The notes: generated by a model from the sequence alone, not told the origin. Positions 49,794 through 61,110 are shown, counted from the first letter of the stretch. The stretch is 64,000 bases of DNA from Kofleriaceae bacterium (GCA_965215005.1 CBDCCZ010000049.1:1-64000); one strand, 5' to 3'. Made by a program: numbers and translations.

Positions 49794-51305
49794 CTAGTTA
49801 CAGGTGCCGGGCTGGACGTCGCCGGCGCGCGGTAGCAGTACTTGCTGGGAAACGTTGCCGACGCGCCGCCAGTGCATTTGGCCGGTGATGGTGATGCAGT
49901 CGCCGATGCTCGGCTCGTGGGCATCGATGATGTTGCCAACGGTGAGCTCAGCAGTCCCATCGGCGATCGTGAACTCACCGGCCACCAGCGGCTCGCTGAG
50001 CGCCGATACCTCGACGTTCTCGACCCGCACCAGGACGCCCTCATAAGATTCACCGTCAGTGCCCTTCAAGGCGGCCAGCTCGACGGCGAGGGCCGTGGGA
50101 GTCATTGCGGGGGCGGCGGACAGCGTCACCATCGGGTCGACAATCTCCGTTAGCTCGCCGCGGTACTCGGTGATGCGACCGGTGACATCGACCTTGGCTC
50201 CCACCACGATCTCCGCAGCCAGGGGCTCGGCTTGGCGGCGATACACGTAGACGCCTTCGTAGGGCGCGGCCTGGGCGTTGTCGGCCACCCAAAGATGCGT
50301 CCGATCCGCGTCGTCCTGATGCAGCGCCGTGACCACCAGCCCCGTTAGCGTCACCGCACTGTTGGGTTCGATGGTGCCGCGCTGAATGTCAGCCACGGTC
50401 GTGGCCATGACGCACGCTTCGACGGTGTCTTGGCAGGAGAAGTCGGCGCAGTCGGCGAAACCGTCGGCATCGTTATCTTCGCCATCGGTGCACGCGGCTT
50501 CGCCTTCCTCTTCGGCCAGGCAGTCGCTGCCGGCCACAAGGTCGGCCGGCGAACGCGGCAACAGCTTGTAGTTGAAGAAGTAGTCGCCAATGCCGGTGAT
50601 GGACTCATAACAGTCGCCTTGCGCAATATCGTCGGACAGCTCCGTGAGCGCCGAGCCAATCCCGAAGGGACCCGACACGCGCATTTCCTTCAGCGTTGCG
50701 TCGCTGTCGCTCACCCCATTCGGAGCCGCGAGAACTGCGACCTTCTCGAACTTCACCAGCACGCCTTCCCACTTCTCCGCCTCTGCATCGTCGGCCGCCA
50801 ATGCCTGTGGGTCCACCACCGCAGGCTCCGGCACCGCGGCCGTGCCCACCTTGGTAATCGTCAAGCTGCCGCCCTGCGGGGCCGTCACCTCAGTGAGGGT
50901 GCGACCCGTCATGTCGCTATCCAAGGCGAATTCGTCCTTGACCCCGCCGGTGATGTCGATGAGATCGCCGGGAGCAACACGGGCCGCGTCGGTGCCACGC
51001 ACAAACACGAAGACGCCCGAGTAGGGACCGCCTTCGGGCTCCATTACGTACAGGCCACCAGTGCGCGCGCCGTAGGTGTCGACGGCCACGACCACCACGC
51101 CTCGCAGAGTGACCGCCGCGCCGTCTGCGAGCGCATCGTCCTGCAGGTCGTAGATGCTGGTATCGGCGCCGGGATCGCCCGGATCCGAGCCCGGACCGCC
51201 ATCGGTCCCGGAGTTGGGCTCATTATCGTCATCGCTGCGGCAGCCAAGGGGCATCAGGAAGCCCGCGGCGAGCGCGAGCGGCAATAACATACGTGCGATC
51301 ATCAT
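49794..51305 (-). CDS. Lipoprotein with duplicated OB-fold-like modules and a Cys/Asp repeat
   Basis: Lipobox PLG-C; two copies of the pattern (T/S)IxD(L/I)Q..VTLxG.V..A...PY(S/E)GV(F/Y)V...(W/Y)EGVLV; CTDGEDNDADGFADCADFSC between them. Confidence 0.8.
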   Translation of the reverse strand: MMIARMLLPLALAAGFLMPLGCRSDDDNEPNSGTDGGPGSDPGDPGADTSIYDLQDDALADGAAVTLRGVVVVAVDTYGARTGGLYVMEPEGGPYSGVFVFVRGTDAARVAPGDLIDITGGVKDEFALDSDMTGRTLTEVTAPQGGSLTITKVGTAAVPEPAVVDPQALAADDAEAEKWEGVLVKFEKVAVLAAPNGVSDSDATLKEMRVSGPFGIGSALTELSDDIAQGDCYESITGIGDYFFNYKLLPRSPADLVAGSDCLAEEEGEAACTDGEDNDADGFADCADFSCQDTVEACVMATTVADIQRGTIEPNSAVTLTGLVVTALHQDDADRTHLWVADNAQAAPYEGVYVYRRQAEPLAAEIVVGAKVDVTGRITEYRGELTEIVDPMVTLSAAPAMTPTALAVELAALKGTDGESYEGVLVRVENVEVSALSEPLVAGEFTIADGTAELTVGNIIDAHEPSIGDCITITGQMHWRRVGNVSQQVLLPRAGDVQPGTCN

Positions 51306-51351
51306 CGTCGTCTCACATCCTGCGGTAAGTCGTGGGCGCACGTTCTACGAC

Positions 51352-51381
51352 AAAAGAAAACGCCCGCCATGAGGCGGGCGT
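51352..51381 (-). terminator. Rho-independent terminator of the ribosomal/alpha operon
   Basis: Minus strand ACGCCCGCC-TCAT-GGCGGGCGT followed by TTTCTTTT, just after rplQ. Confidence 0.9.
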
Positions 51382-51424
51382 CACATCGTGCGCAACAATT
51401 TGGCGACGCGAGTGCGTCGAAACT

Positions 51425-51844
51425 CTACGCGGCCTCGCCGCCGACGATCTCGATGAATGCCATCGGCGCTGCATCGCCTCGCCGGATGCGGGTCTTGAGA
51501 ACCCGCGTATATCCGCCCGGTCGGCCCGCCAGCTGCGGCCCCACCTCAGTAAACAAGCGACGGAGCGCATCTTGATCTTTGAGGACTCGCTGCGCCATAC
51601 GCCGATGGTGGACCAGCTTGACCCGCTCCTCCTTATCGAGAGCGGTGGTTTCCTTAGCAGTGAGGTCCGCAACTTTGACCGCCCAGTTGATGGTGCGATC
51701 GGCAACGCTCCGCAGCTCTTTGGCCTTGGCCTCTGTGGTCTCGATACGACCGTGCGTGATGAGCGCCGCGGTGAGGTTCGAGAACAGCGCCTTGCGGTGC
51801 GATGAATTGCGGCCGAGTTTTCGTCCAGTCTTGCGATGGCGCAT
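51425..51844 (-). CDS. rplQ: 50S ribosomal protein L17
   Basis: MRHRKTGRKLGRNSSHRKAL and RPGGYTRVLK motifs. Confidence 0.98.
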   Translation of the reverse strand: MRHRKTGRKLGRNSSHRKALFSNLTAALITHGRIETTEAKAKELRSVADRTINWAVKVADLTAKETTALDKEERVKLVHHRRMAQRVLKDQDALRRLFTEVGPQLAGRPGGYTRVLKTRIRRGDAAPMAFIEIVGGEAA

Positions 51845-51901
51845 AGCTCTTCCTTGACTACCTTGTTCCTTGGCAACGCCGCAATCGCGGCGAGGTCTCA
51901 G

Positions 51902-52954
51902 CTACTTCTTCAGCGGCATCGGCCCCGGCCAGTTATCTAGCTTCATGCCGAGCGAGAGACCCATCTCGGCGAGAATCTCTTTGATCTCTTTGAGCGATTT
52001 ACGCCCAAAGTTCTTCGTCTTCAGCATCTCGGACTCGGACTTCTGCACCAGCTCACCGATATACTTGATATTGGCGTTCTGAAGGCAGTTGGCCGACCGA
52101 ACCGAGAGCTCGAGCTCGTCAACGGTGCGCCAGAGATTCTCGTTGAGCTTCTCTTGCTCCTCATCGACCGGCGCCTCGACCGGCTCCGCCATCTCCTCAA
52201 AGTTGATGAAGATGTTGAGCTGCTCCTTGAGAATCTTGGCAGCGAAGGCCACCGCATCATCAGGAGACACCGCGCCGTTGGTCCAGATTTCCAACGTGAG
52301 CTTGTCGTAGTCGGTCTGCTGACCGACGCGAGCGTTGGTGACCGTAAAGTTCACCTTCTTGATAGGCGAGAACAGCGCATCGATTGGCACCGTCCCGACC
52401 GGCGCGCCGATATCTGGGTGGCGTTCCGCGGGCACGTAGCCGCGCCCGGTGCTGATCGTTAGGTCACAGGAAATCTTGCCATCTTTGGACAAGGTCGCGA
52501 TGACGTGCTTCGAGTTAAGGACGTGAACGCCGGTGCTGGCGGCGATGTCGCTCGCTCGGACCGGTCCGTCGCCCTCTTTCTCGAGACGCACGTGATAGGT
52601 CTTGTCGTCATCGACCCGAAACAGCGTCTCTTTGAGATTGAGGATGACGTCGGTGACATCCTCGACCACCCCCGGTAGCGAGGTGAACTCGTGCAGCGCC
52701 TCGTCGAATTTGACGTGGGTGATGGCCGCGCCCTGCAGCGAGGACAACAGGACACGACGGAGCGAATTGCCAAGCGTCGTCCCGAAGCCGCGCTCGAGGG
52801 GCTCACAGCTGAACTTCCCGTAGGTGGCGGTCCGTTCCTCCGTCTCGAGCGTGCGCGGACGGATAAGATCGCGCCAGTTCTTAGCCATGAGCGGCGTCTG
52901 TTCCTGGACAGATCCCTTGCGCTCAAGAGCTTCGGTTTGGAAATGTTCCTCCAA
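51902..52954 (-). CDS. rpoA: RNA polymerase alpha subunit (TTG start, or downstream ATG)
   Basis: [34 protein letters not shown] and NFGRKSL motifs. Confidence 0.98.
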   Translation of the reverse strand: MEEHFQTEALERKGSVQEQTPLMAKNWRDLIRPRTLETEERTATYGKFSCEPLERGFGTTLGNSLRRVLLSSLQGAAITHVKFDEALHEFTSLPGVVEDVTDVILNLKETLFRVDDDKTYHVRLEKEGDGPVRASDIAASTGVHVLNSKHVIATLSKDGKISCDLTISTGRGYVPAERHPDIGAPVGTVPIDALFSPIKKVNFTVTNARVGQQTDYDKLTLEIWTNGAVSPDDAVAFAAKILKEQLNIFINFEEMAEPVEAPVDEEQEKLNENLWRTVDELELSVRSANCLQNANIKYIGELVQKSESEMLKTKNFGRKSLKEIKEILAEMGLSLGMKLDNWPGPMPLKK

Positions 52955-53044
52955 GACGATCCCTCTTTCGGTGTTCTGGCCTTGAGGCCCTGCTCCCCGT
53001 AAACCCGCGCGCGTATGCCCGCGGGCAAGGGTGAGCCGTAGACA

Positions 53045-53674
53045 CTACTTCGAGTAGAGCTCGACGATGAGCTGCTCGCGGATCGGGAGCGTTACATCCT
53101 CGCGCGTCGGCAGCTGTTTGACGGTGCCTTTGAAGGCATCCTTGGCGACGTCGATCCAGCTGGGGAAGCCACGGCGATCCACCGCCGCGAGAGCCTCGCT
53201 GATCCGAGTGATCTTCTGCGAGCGCTCACGCACCTCCACCACGTCGCCGGAGCGAACCAGATAGGAGGGAATGTTCACTCGCTTGCCGTTGACGGTGAAG
53301 TGCCCGTGGCGAACCAGCTGCCGACCTTCGGCATGATCGCTCACGAAGCCCATCCGGTAGACGACGTTGTCGAGACGGCGCTCGAGGAGCTGAATGAGAT
53401 TCTCACCGGTGACGCCCTTCATCCGCGTCGCCTTGTGATAGTAGCCGCGGAACTGTCGCTCCGCGATTCCGTAGATTCGCTTGACCTTTTGCTTTTCCCG
53501 CAGCTGCTCGCCGTAGTCCGAGCGCTTGCGTCGCCGCGCCTGGCCGTGTTGACCGGGCGGATAGGACCGGCGCTCGTAGCCGCACTTGTCCGTGTAGCAG
53601 CGCTCGCCCTTGAGGAACAGCTTCATGTCTTCGCGTCGGCAAAGCCGACAAACCGGACCGGTATACCTGGCCAT
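53045..53674 (-). CDS. rpsD: 30S ribosomal protein S4
   Basis: [25 protein letters not shown] and IVELYSK motifs. Confidence 0.99.
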   Translation of the reverse strand: MARYTGPVCRLCRREDMKLFLKGERCYTDKCGYERRSYPPGQHGQARRRKRSDYGEQLREKQKVKRIYGIAERQFRGYYHKATRMKGVTGENLIQLLERRLDNVVYRMGFVSDHAEGRQLVRHGHFTVNGKRVNIPSYLVRSGDVVEVRERSQKITRISEALAAVDRRGFPSWIDVAKDAFKGTVKQLPTREDVTLPIREQLIVELYSK

Positions 53675-53723
53675 CTCTATTCTCCTCCTCGATCCGCGAT
53701 CGGAACGCGATCAGCCGCCACGC

Positions 53724-54113
53724 TCACACGCGCCTTCGCTTGCGCGGGCGGCAGCCATTGTGCGGAATGGGAGTCACATCGCGAATTAGACTGATCTTAA
53801 AACCCGCAGAATTGAGTGCGCGAAGCGCAGACTCACGACCCGCGCCGGGGCCTTTCACAAACACGGAGATATTGCGCATCCCGTGGTCCATTGCCTTTTT
53901 GCCAGCGTCTTCTGCGGCGAGCTGGGCGGCAAATGGAGTCGACTTACGAGAGCCCTTGAAGCCGCAAGTACCCGCCGAAGACCAGGAGATGATATTTCCC
54001 GAGACGTCGGTGATGCTGACGATGGTGTTGTTGAAGGTCGCCGAGATATGAGCAATCCCGGTTTGAACGTTCTTGCGAACCTTCTTCTTACCCTGACGCT
54101 TTGGTTGTGCCAT
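53724..54113 (-). CDS. rpsK: 30S ribosomal protein S11
   Basis: [12 protein letters not shown] and [12 protein letters not shown] motifs. Confidence 0.99.
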   Translation of the reverse strand: MAQPKRQGKKKVRKNVQTGIAHISATFNNTIVSITDVSGNIISWSSAGTCGFKGSRKSTPFAAQLAAEDAGKKAMDHGMRNISVFVKGPGAGRESALRALNSAGFKISLIRDVTPIPHNGCRPRKRRRV

Positions 54114-54134
54114 GGTTGGTCCTCGAGCCTGCGG

Positions 54135-54515
54135 CTATTTCTTACCCGCGCCCTGCTTCTTGACCGCCATGCGGCGCGGTCCTTTGCGGGTACGGGCGTT
54201 GGTCTTGGTACGCTGGCCGCGAACGGGCAGGCCTTTGCGGTGGCGCAACCCTCGGAAACAACCGAGGTCCATCAAGCGCTTGATGTTCATATTGACCTCG
54301 CGACGGAGATCGCCCTCAACCTTGAGGTCGGCCTCGATGGCATCGCGGATCTTGCGGACGTCGTTCTCGTCCAGCTCGTCGGTGCGCTTTTCACCGGCTA
54401 CGCTCGACTTCTCGAGGATATCCACGGCGGTCTTGCGACCGATCCCGTAAATGTAGGTAAGGGCAATGTCGATCCGTTTGTTGCGGGGAAGGTCGACTCC
54501 GGCAATGCGCGCCAT
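54135..54515 (-). CDS. rpsM: 30S ribosomal protein S13
   Basis: [10 protein letters not shown] and [18 protein letters not shown] motifs. Confidence 0.99.
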   Translation of the reverse strand: MARIAGVDLPRNKRIDIALTYIYGIGRKTAVDILEKSSVAGEKRTDELDENDVRKIRDAIEADLKVEGDLRREVNMNIKRLMDLGCFRGLRHRKGLPVRGQRTKTNARTRKGPRRMAVKKQGAGKK

Positions 54516-54529
54516 TTCTCGCTACTCCT

Positions 54530-54643
54530 TCAGCCCTGCCGCTGCTTGTGGCGCGGGTTGTCGCAGATTACTCGCACGACCCCTTTGCGCTTGATGACTT
54601 TGCACTTGGGGCAAATTGGTTTTACTGACGCTCGAACTTTCAT
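54530..54643 (-). CDS. rpmJ: 50S ribosomal protein L36 (Zn-binding type); not in the ORF track
   Basis: Manual translation: [37 protein letters not shown]. Confidence 0.97.
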   Translation of the reverse strand: MKVRASVKPICPKCKVIKRKGVVRVICDNPRHKQRQG

Positions 54644-54666
54644 GACCAAACCCTCGCCAAATCGTA

Positions 54667-55455
54667 TCAGTCGCTACCCAGAGAACCAGGCTTAGAGTCT
54701 CTTCGGCTGAGCACCCAGGGCCCGTCATTGGTGATGGCGACCGTGTGCTCGAAGTGTGCAGACAGGCTGCGATCTTTGGTCACCGCAGTCCACTTATCGT
54801 CCAAGACCTCTACGGAATGGGCTCCGGCATTTACCATAGGTTCGATAGCAATGACAAGCCCATGTTTCAAACGCTTACCCTTTCGGGCTTCGCCGTAGTT
54901 GTGAACGGCGGGCTCCTCATGCATCGCTTTGCCGATGCCATGGCCTACGAAATCCTTCACCACTGAAAAGCCGTTTGATTCCACGTACGACTGCACAGCG
55001 GCACCGAGATCGCCAAGACGGCTCCCTACCTGACACTGCTCGATCGCTTGCTGCAGCGCCTCGCGCGTGCAGTCGACCAGCCTCTGCGCGGCAGAAGAAA
55101 CGGTTCCCACACACACGGTCCGACACGCGTCAGCGCACCAGCCGTTCTTGAAGATCCCGAAGTCGATCCCGATGATGTCCCCGTCCTTTAGCACCACGTC
55201 ACGTCGCGGGATGCCATGCACCACGACCTCGTTGACGGACGTACAGAGAACCGCTGGGTAGGGATCGTAGCCATACCCTAGAAACGCGCTCACTACCTGA
55301 TGGCGCTCAATTTCGCGTCGCGCTATCTGATCGAGCTCCCATGTCGAAACCCCAGGAGACACGGCTGCGCAAACGACGTCGAGAATGTCGGTCAAGACCA
55401 CGCAGCTCTCCCGCATGGCAGCGATCTCATCGAGTGATTTCAGCTTGATCCGCAC
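54667..55455 (-). CDS. map: Type I methionine aminopeptidase (GTG start inferred)
   Basis: [28 protein letters not shown] and SAHFEHT motifs. Confidence 0.97.
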   Translation of the reverse strand: MRIKLKSLDEIAAMRESCVVLTDILDVVCAAVSPGVSTWELDQIARREIERHQVVSAFLGYGYDPYPAVLCTSVNEVVVHGIPRRDVVLKDGDIIGIDFGIFKNGWCADACRTVCVGTVSSAAQRLVDCTREALQQAIEQCQVGSRLGDLGAAVQSYVESNGFSVVKDFVGHGIGKAMHEEPAVHNYGEARKGKRLKHGLVIAIEPMVNAGAHSVEVLDDKWTAVTKDRSLSAHFEHTVAITNDGPWVLSRRDSKPGSLGSD

Positions 55456-55493
55456 GAGATTCGAGCAAACGCGATGTCTGGTGGAAACGACGA

Positions 55494-55515
55494 CGCCGAA
55501 CCCGAAGGTCCGGCG
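55494..55515 (-). other. cUUCGg tetraloop hairpin between secY and map
   Basis: Minus strand CGCCGGACC-TTCG-GGTTCGGCG: a 9-bp stem with one G-U pair. Confidence 0.7.
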
Positions 55516-55540
55516 CAAGGCATGCCTCTAGAGGATGGGC

Positions 55541-56887
55541 TCAGCTCCCGCGAGCGGTTGTGCGACCGCGAATTCGCGGTCCGCGGGGGCCGGTAAAGCC
55601 CTCGTAGTTGCGAGTGATGAGATGCGACTCAATCTGCTGCACCGTATCGAGCGCGACGCCAACGACAATGAGAAGGCCCGTTCCGCCGAAGTAAAACGGA
55701 ACCTGCATCCACTTCTGAAGCAGCGCCGGCAACACGCACACCGCCGCGAGATACATGGCGCCCGCGAACGTAATGCGGGTTAAGACGTGGTCGATGTACT
55801 CAGCGGTTTTCTTGCCCGGCCGGATACCCGGCACGAAGCCACCGCTCTTCTTAAGATTGTCTGCAACGTCCACCGGGTTGAACGTGATCGCGGTGTAGAA
55901 GAACGCGAAGAAAACGATCAGCGCGACGTAGATGACGTTGTACCGCCAGTCGGTCGGCTGAAGCGCGTTGGAGATTTGCTGCATCCACGGCGACCCCACC
56001 ATGTTGGCGATCTGCGCCGGGAACATCAGGATCGAAGATGCGAAGATCGGCGGAATCACGCCGGCGACGTTGATCTTGAGTGGCAGGTGGGTCTGCGTGC
56101 CCGCGTACATTTTGCGGCCCACCATCCGCTTAGTGTACTGCACTGGAATGCGCCGGTGAGCTCTCTCGAAGAAGCAGATGGCCGCAATCGTCCCGATCAC
56201 TACCAAAATCAACAAGAGCATCTCGAGGCCGCTGAAGTCGCCACTGGAGCCGCGCGCAAACAGCTGCGTGAGCGCATCGGGCATGCCCGCCACGATGCCA
56301 GCGAAGATGATCAGCGAGATCCCGTTGCCGATGCCGCGCTCGGTAATCTGCTCGCCCAGCCACATGATGAAGGCGGTGCCGGTGGTTAGCGTCAAGACGG
56401 TGAGCAAGCGGAAGCCCCACCCGGGGTCTGTCACCACCTCGCCCGCCGTGAACCCGCCACCGCCACCCCGGCCGAGCGTCTCGAGCCAGGTAGCGATGAA
56501 CATCGACTGCACGAGCGAGAGCAGGATGGTCCCGTAGCGAGTGTACTGATTGATCTTGCGCCGACCCTGCTCGCCTTCTTTGTTGAGCTGGTCCAGCTTG
56601 GGGATCACGACGGTAAGCAGCTGCAAGATGATCGACGCGCTGATATACGGCATGATGCCGAGCGCGAAGATCGACAGCTGCTCGAGGGCACCACCCGAGA
56701 ACAGGTTGAACATGCCCAAGAACGAGCCTTGGCCGCCAGTCGCGATGAGATTGGACATCTCGACACGATTGACTCCAGGGACCGTGACGAACACGCCGAT
56801 CCGATAAACGGCGAGCATCGCCAGAGTGAAAAGGATCCGCTTCCGTAGCTCCGGAATCTTACCGATGTTTGCGAAGTTGTTGGCCAC
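55541..56887 (-). CDS. secY: Preprotein translocase subunit SecY
   Basis: [33 protein letters not shown] and IPGIRPG-like motifs. Confidence 0.99.
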   Translation of the reverse strand: MANNFANIGKIPELRKRILFTLAMLAVYRIGVFVTVPGVNRVEMSNLIATGGQGSFLGMFNLFSGGALEQLSIFALGIMPYISASIILQLLTVVIPKLDQLNKEGEQGRRKINQYTRYGTILLSLVQSMFIATWLETLGRGGGGGFTAGEVVTDPGWGFRLLTVLTLTTGTAFIMWLGEQITERGIGNGISLIIFAGIVAGMPDALTQLFARGSSGDFSGLEMLLLILVVIGTIAAICFFERAHRRIPVQYTKRMVGRKMYAGTQTHLPLKINVAGVIPPIFASSILMFPAQIANMVGSPWMQQISNALQPTDWRYNVIYVALIVFFAFFYTAITFNPVDVADNLKKSGGFVPGIRPGKKTAEYIDHVLTRITFAGAMYLAAVCVLPALLQKWMQVPFYFGGTGLLIVVGVALDTVQQIESHLITRNYEGFTGPRGPRIRGRTTARGS

Positions 56888-56946
56888 GTCGGGTGCTCTT
56901 GGTCGAGTTGCGTATGAGCTTGGGGCGAAAGTGCGCCTACTCTAGC

Positions 56947-57456
56947 TCACTCCGCCGGTGTCTGCGACCCGACCGCCTCTGACGCGGTTTTCTTGGGCTG
57001 TTTGCGCTCCATGACCTCGACCGTACCGCCGGCGGACTCGATCTTCGCCCGGGCGCTCTTCGAGAACCGGTGCGCGCGAACGGTAAGCGCCTGGGCGAGA
57101 TCGCCGTCGCCGAGGATCTTCACCAGCTCTGCCTTCTTCGGCACCAGGCCTGCGCTGCGCAGCGCGGCGACATCAACGGTTCCTTCGGTGAACTTCTCAG
57201 CAATCTGCCCGAGGTTAACCGCGTGCAACTCGACTCGGAACGGATTCTTGAAACCGCGCTTGGGCAACCGCCGCTGCATCGGCATCTGACCGCCTTCGAA
57301 GCCAATAATTGCCCCGTGGTGGCCGGTCCGGGCTTTCTGCCCCTTCTGCCCTTTTCCTGCGGTTTTGCCGTAGCCCGAGCCCGGGCCGCGGCCAATGCGC
57401 TTCTTCTTGCGAGTCGCCCCGGGAGCCGGAGCTAGCGTAGATAGTGTCGTACCCAT
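56947..57456 (-). CDS. rplO: 50S ribosomal protein L15
   Basis: [24 protein letters not shown] and [15 protein letters not shown] motifs; ATG at 57456. Confidence 0.98.
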   Translation of the reverse strand: MGTTLSTLAPAPGATRKKKRIGRGPGSGYGKTAGKGQKGQKARTGHHGAIIGFEGGQMPMQRRLPKRGFKNPFRVELHAVNLGQIAEKFTEGTVDVAALRSAGLVPKKAELVKILGDGDLAQALTVRAHRFSKSARAKIESAGGTVEVMERKQPKKTASEAVGSQTPAE

Positions 57457-57587
57457 GGTGATATCCCGTTGGTGTTGCGCGGCCTGCAAATTGGCCAAAA
57501 CAGCTGCAATGTCGACTGCGAGTCTCGTTACAGACTCGAAGAAGCCCAAATCGCTCGTCTGCGATCTCGACTACCTGCGACGACAGC

Positions 57588-57773
57588 TCACTCGACCGGC
57601 TTCACCGTTACTAGGTGACCGACTTTGCGAATCATCCCGCGGATCGCAGGAGTATCGCTCAAGACCACCGAGCGATGCATCTTGTTGAGGCCGAGGCCCT
57701 TGAGCGTCAGCCGTTGCCGTTCCGGGCGGCCAATGCCGCTGCGAACCTGAGTTACCTGGAGCTTGAGTGCCAT
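57588..57773 (-). CDS. rpmD: 50S ribosomal protein L30
   Basis: [18 protein letters not shown] and [15 protein letters not shown] motifs. Confidence 0.97.
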   Translation of the reverse strand: MALKLQVTQVRSGIGRPERQRLTLKGLGLNKMHRSVVLSDTPAIRGMIRKVGHLVTVKPVE

Positions 57774-57775
57774 GC

Positions 57776-58276
57776 CTAGCCTCGAATTTCCTCGGCCGTT
57801 CGTCCACGCTTGGCGGCAACTTGCTCGAGGGAGCGCAGCGCCTTGAGCGCTTCGACAGTCGCGTGAATGACGTTGTGCTTGTTCGACGTACCCAACGACT
57901 TCGTGAGGATGTCCGTGATGCCAGAGACCTCGAGGACCGGGCGCACAGCGCCGCCGGCGATGACACCGGTACCTGGCGACGCAGGCTTCAGCAGCACTTG
58001 CGCTGCTCCGAAGATGCCCATGACTTCATGGGGAATGGTGCCATTCACCATTGGGATACGGAACAGGTTGCGCTTCGCACGTTCGTTACCCTTGCGAATC
58101 GCCTCGGGGACTTCGTTGGCCTTGCCGAGGCCAGCCCCCACGTAACCAGCTTGATCCCCCACGACAACGAGTGCCGAGAAGGAGAATCGCCGGCCGCCCT
58201 TCACGACCTTCGCGACGCGATTGATGTAGACGACGCGGTCTACGAGCTCTCCAACTTGATCAAAATCGATAGCCAT
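57776..58276 (-). CDS. rpsE: 30S ribosomal protein S5
   Basis: [24 protein letters not shown] motif. Confidence 0.99.
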   Translation of the reverse strand: MAIDFDQVGELVDRVVYINRVAKVVKGGRRFSFSALVVVGDQAGYVGAGLGKANEVPEAIRKGNERAKRNLFRIPMVNGTIPHEVMGIFGAAQVLLKPASPGTGVIAGGAVRPVLEVSGITDILTKSLGTSNKHNVIHATVEALKALRSLEQVAAKRGRTAEEIRG

Positions 58277-58294
58277 ATTCGTGTACCAACCGCG

Positions 58295-58675
58295 TTAGAA
58301 CTTCAGGCCCGCTTCGCGAGCACCGTCGGCCACCGCTTTGACGCGGCCGTGATAAATGAAGCCGTTGCGGTCGAAGACGACCTGCGCAACCTGCTGCTCC
58401 ATGAGCTTCTTGGCGAGAGCCGCGCCGATTACCTTGGCCCTATCTGCCTTTTTCTTGCCCTCGAGCTCAGCCGCTAGGTCCTTATGCAGGTCCGATATCG
58501 CAGCCAAGACGCGGTTAGCGTCGTCGTCTATGGCCTGGACGTAGATATGCTTCGCGGAGCGAAACACCGACAGTCGAGGTCTCTCAGCGGTGCCACGAAT
58601 CCCCTTGCGAATGTGCTGCTTACGGCGCACCCGCTTGCGGGTCTTCGGATTGACGATTTTGAGATGTCCAGCCAT
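58295..58675 (-). CDS. rplR: 50S ribosomal protein L18
   Basis: RPRLSVFRS and VFDRNGFIYHGRV motifs. Confidence 0.99.
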   Translation of the reverse strand: MAGHLKIVNPKTRKRVRRKQHIRKGIRGTAERPRLSVFRSAKHIYVQAIDDDANRVLAAISDLHKDLAAELEGKKKADRAKVIGAALAKKLMEQQVAQVVFDRNGFIYHGRVKAVADGAREAGLKF

Positions 58676-59208
58676 CAGCCGGCTGCCTTTCCGACCTTGC
58701 GAGTAATCTGCTCTTCCACGTATTTCACGCCTTTGCCCTTGTAGGGTTCGGGCGGTCGGAAGCTGCGAACATTTGCCGCGGCGGCGCCGAGGAGCTGCCG
58801 GTCAATCCCGCTCAGGACAATGATGTTCTTCTCGACCTTCGCACCCACGCCTTGCGGAAGCTTATAGTCGATCGGATGCGAATAGCCGAGGTTGAGGGTG
58901 AGAGTGTCACCCTTCACTTCGGCGCGATAGCCGACGCCATTGATCTCTAGCCGACGCTCGAAGCCAGTGCTAACGCCCGTGATCATGTTCTGCGTAAGCG
59001 CTCGCATGAGACCATGCGCCGCACGGGTTTCCTGCTGATCGTTGGGCCGCTTGAACGTGAGCTCGTCGTTCTCGAGCTCAACGTCGATGAGCTCGTGACG
59101 GGGCGCCGCTAGCTCCCCCTTCGGTCCCTTCACCTTCACTCGATCGTCGGTGACGGTGACCTGGACGCCCTTGGGAACCTTGATAACTTTTCTACCGATG
59201 CGTGACAT
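58675..59208 (-). CDS. rplF: 50S ribosomal protein L6
   Basis: MSRIGR and [11 protein letters not shown] motifs. Confidence 0.99.
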   Translation of the reverse strand: MSRIGRKVIKVPKGVQVTVTDDRVKVKGPKGELAAPRHELIDVELENDELTFKRPNDQQETRAAHGLMRALTQNMITGVSTGFERRLEINGVGYRAEVKGDTLTLNLGYSHPIDYKLPQGVGAKVEKNIIVLSGIDRQLLGAAAANVRSFRPPEPYKGKGVKYVEEQITRKVGKAAG

Positions 59209-59210
59209 GG

Positions 59211-59609
59211 CTACCAGACCTCGCAGAGAACCTCGCCGCCTACACCGAGCTGGCGCGCCTGCTTATCGGTCATGACACCTTGAGAGGTGGACATGATCGC
59301 GATACCCAGTCCATTACGGACTCTGGGCACATCCTTGGCGCGCACATACGAGCGCTGCCCAGGTTTCGAGATGCGCTTGAGCCCTGAAATGGCGGACGTA
59401 TTGCGGTTGTCGTAGCGCAGGGTGACGGAAATCATTCCCTGCTGCGTATCATCGAAGTTCGCCACCGCATTCACGAATCCTTCTTCACGAAGGATCTCGG
59501 CAATGCGAAGCTTGACCTTCGACCGGGGGCATTCAATTTCCAGCTTCCGCGCGCGGATTCCATTACGGAGGCGCGTGAGGAAGTCGGCGATGGGATCGGT
59601 CATCGACAT
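59211..59609 (-). CDS. rpsH: 30S ribosomal protein S8
   Basis: [14 protein letters not shown] and [11 protein letters not shown] motifs. Confidence 0.99.
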   Translation of the reverse strand: MSMTDPIADFLTRLRNGIRARKLEIECPRSKVKLRIAEILREEGFVNAVANFDDTQQGMISVTLRYDNRNTSAISGLKRISKPGQRSYVRAKDVPRVRNGLGIAIMSTSQGVMTDKQARQLGVGGEVLCEVW

Positions 59610-59622
59610 TCGCTTATCTCCC

Positions 59623-59802
59623 TCACCAGCTCGACTTGGTCACACCGGGGATATCGCCCTTCAGTGCGAGGCCACGGAAGCACAGACGGCACATATCGAA
59701 CTTGCGCAAATATGCCCGCGGCCGGCCACAAAGCGGGCAACGATTGTGCTGTCGCACCTTGAATTTGTGCTTCTTGGGAAGCATTTTCGAGAGCTTGCTC
59801 AT
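59623..59802 (-). CDS. rpsN: 30S ribosomal protein S14, short Zn-binding (type Z) form; not in the ORF track
   Basis: Manual translation: [59 protein letters not shown]. Confidence 0.97.
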   Translation of the reverse strand: MSKLSKMLPKKHKFKVRQHNRCPLCGRPRAYLRKFDMCRLCFRGLALKGDIPGVTKSSW

Positions 59803-60467
59803 GCTACCGCTCCTTCACGAGCCTGCGAGCCTGCTTGCCTAAACGGCATCCCGAGGTGCATCAACAGCGCGCGCCCCTCAGCATCCGTTTTTGCGGTCGT
59901 GACCACGGAAATGTTGAGTCCCTTCACCGAGTCGATCTGGTCGTACTCGATTTCCGGGAAAATGATCTGCTCGCGCACGCCGAGCGAGTAATTTCCTCGG
60001 CCATCGAACGCTTTCGCCGAGACGCCGCGGAAGTCGCGAACGCGCGGCAGGGCAATATTGATGAGGCGATCGAGGAACTCCCACATCCGCTCGCGGCGCA
60101 GTGTCACCATGACGCCGATCTTCTGCCCCTTACGAAGCTTGAACGTCGCGATGTCCCGCTTGGCCGTGCACACCACTGGAGATTGTCCAGCAATCGCGCG
60201 CAGCTCTTCCACGGCGCTCTCAATGAGCTTGGGATTCTGATTCGCGCGCCCAAGGCCTATGTTGATCGTCACTTTGAGGATGCGCGGAACCTCCATGGCG
60301 CTGGAGTATCCAAACTCGTCCATGAGCTTCTTGCGAGCGTCGTCCTCGTACGTCTTCTTCAAGCGCGGAGTTGCTTCGCGTTTGTACTTCTTCAGCTCGG
60401 TCGGCGCGGCGGGAGCCTTCTTGCTCCGTGCGACTTTCTGCTGTGCACCCTGCTCTCTGGCCATCAC
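59799..60467 (-). CDS. rplE: 50S ribosomal protein L5 with N-terminal extension
   Basis: [26 protein letters not shown] and [10 protein letters not shown] motifs. Confidence 0.98.
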   Translation of the reverse strand: MMAREQGAQQKVARSKKAPAAPTELKKYKREATPRLKKTYEDDARKKLMDEFGYSSAMEVPRILKVTINIGLGRANQNPKLIESAVEELRAIAGQSPVVCTAKRDIATFKLRKGQKIGVMVTLRRERMWEFLDRLINIALPRVRDFRGVSAKAFDGRGNYSLGVREQIIFPEIEYDQIDSVKGLNISVVTTAKTDAEGRALLMHLGMPFRQAGSQAREGAVA

Positions 60468-60832
60468 AACACCTCCGGCGCGAGCGAGACGATCTTCATG
60501 AATCGCTTGGCGCGAAGCTCACGAGCCACCGGACCAAAGATGCGGGTACCGATGGGCTCATTTTCCTTGTTAATGAGCACGGCGGAGTTACCGTCGAAGC
60601 GGATGAAGCTGCCGTCGTTGCGCGGAATCTGCTTGGCAGTCCGCACAATCACCGCGCGAGCAACATCGCCCTTCTTCACCTTGGATCCCGGAATCGCCTC
60701 GCGCACCGACACCACGATGACGTCACCGACCGACGCGTACCGGCGCTTCGAGCCGCCCAGCACCTTGATGCAGTAGACCTTCTTGGCCCCGCTATTATCG
60801 GCGACATCTAAGACGGTGGAGGTCTGAATCAC
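60464..60832 (-). CDS. rplN: 50S ribosomal protein L14
   Basis: [21 protein letters not shown] and SLAPEVL motifs. Confidence 0.99.
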   Translation of the reverse strand: MIQTSTVLDVADNSGAKKVYCIKVLGGSKRRYASVGDVIVVSVREAIPGSKVKKGDVARAVIVRTAKQIPRNDGSFIRFDGNSAVLINKENEPIGTRIFGPVARELRAKRFMKIVSLAPEVL

Positions 60833-61107
60833 GACTGCACCTCCCGAGCCTTTTCGATCGTACGAGCGAAGCGCCAGCGCTTCGTTTTCGAGTACGGTCG
60901 GGACTCGACCAGCTCAACCAGATCACCGATCTGGCAGCTGTTGTGCTCGTCGTGAGCCTTGTACTTCACCCGTCGGGTGACGAACTTGTGGAACCGTTTG
61001 TCGCGGATGCGACGGAGCACGGTGACGACGATCGTCTTCTCCATCGCCGTCGAGGTGACGGTGCCCGCAATCGTGCGGCGAGTACCTCGCTCTGCTGTCA
61101 TGGCCAC
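60829..61107 (-). CDS. rpsQ: 30S ribosomal protein S17
   Basis: [14 protein letters not shown] and [11 protein letters not shown] motifs. Confidence 0.98.
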   Translation of the reverse strand: MAMTAERGTRRTIAGTVTSTAMEKTIVVTVLRRIRDKRFHKFVTRRVKYKAHDEHNSCQIGDLVELVESRPYSKTKRWRFARTIEKAREVQS

Positions 61108-61110
61108 GGG

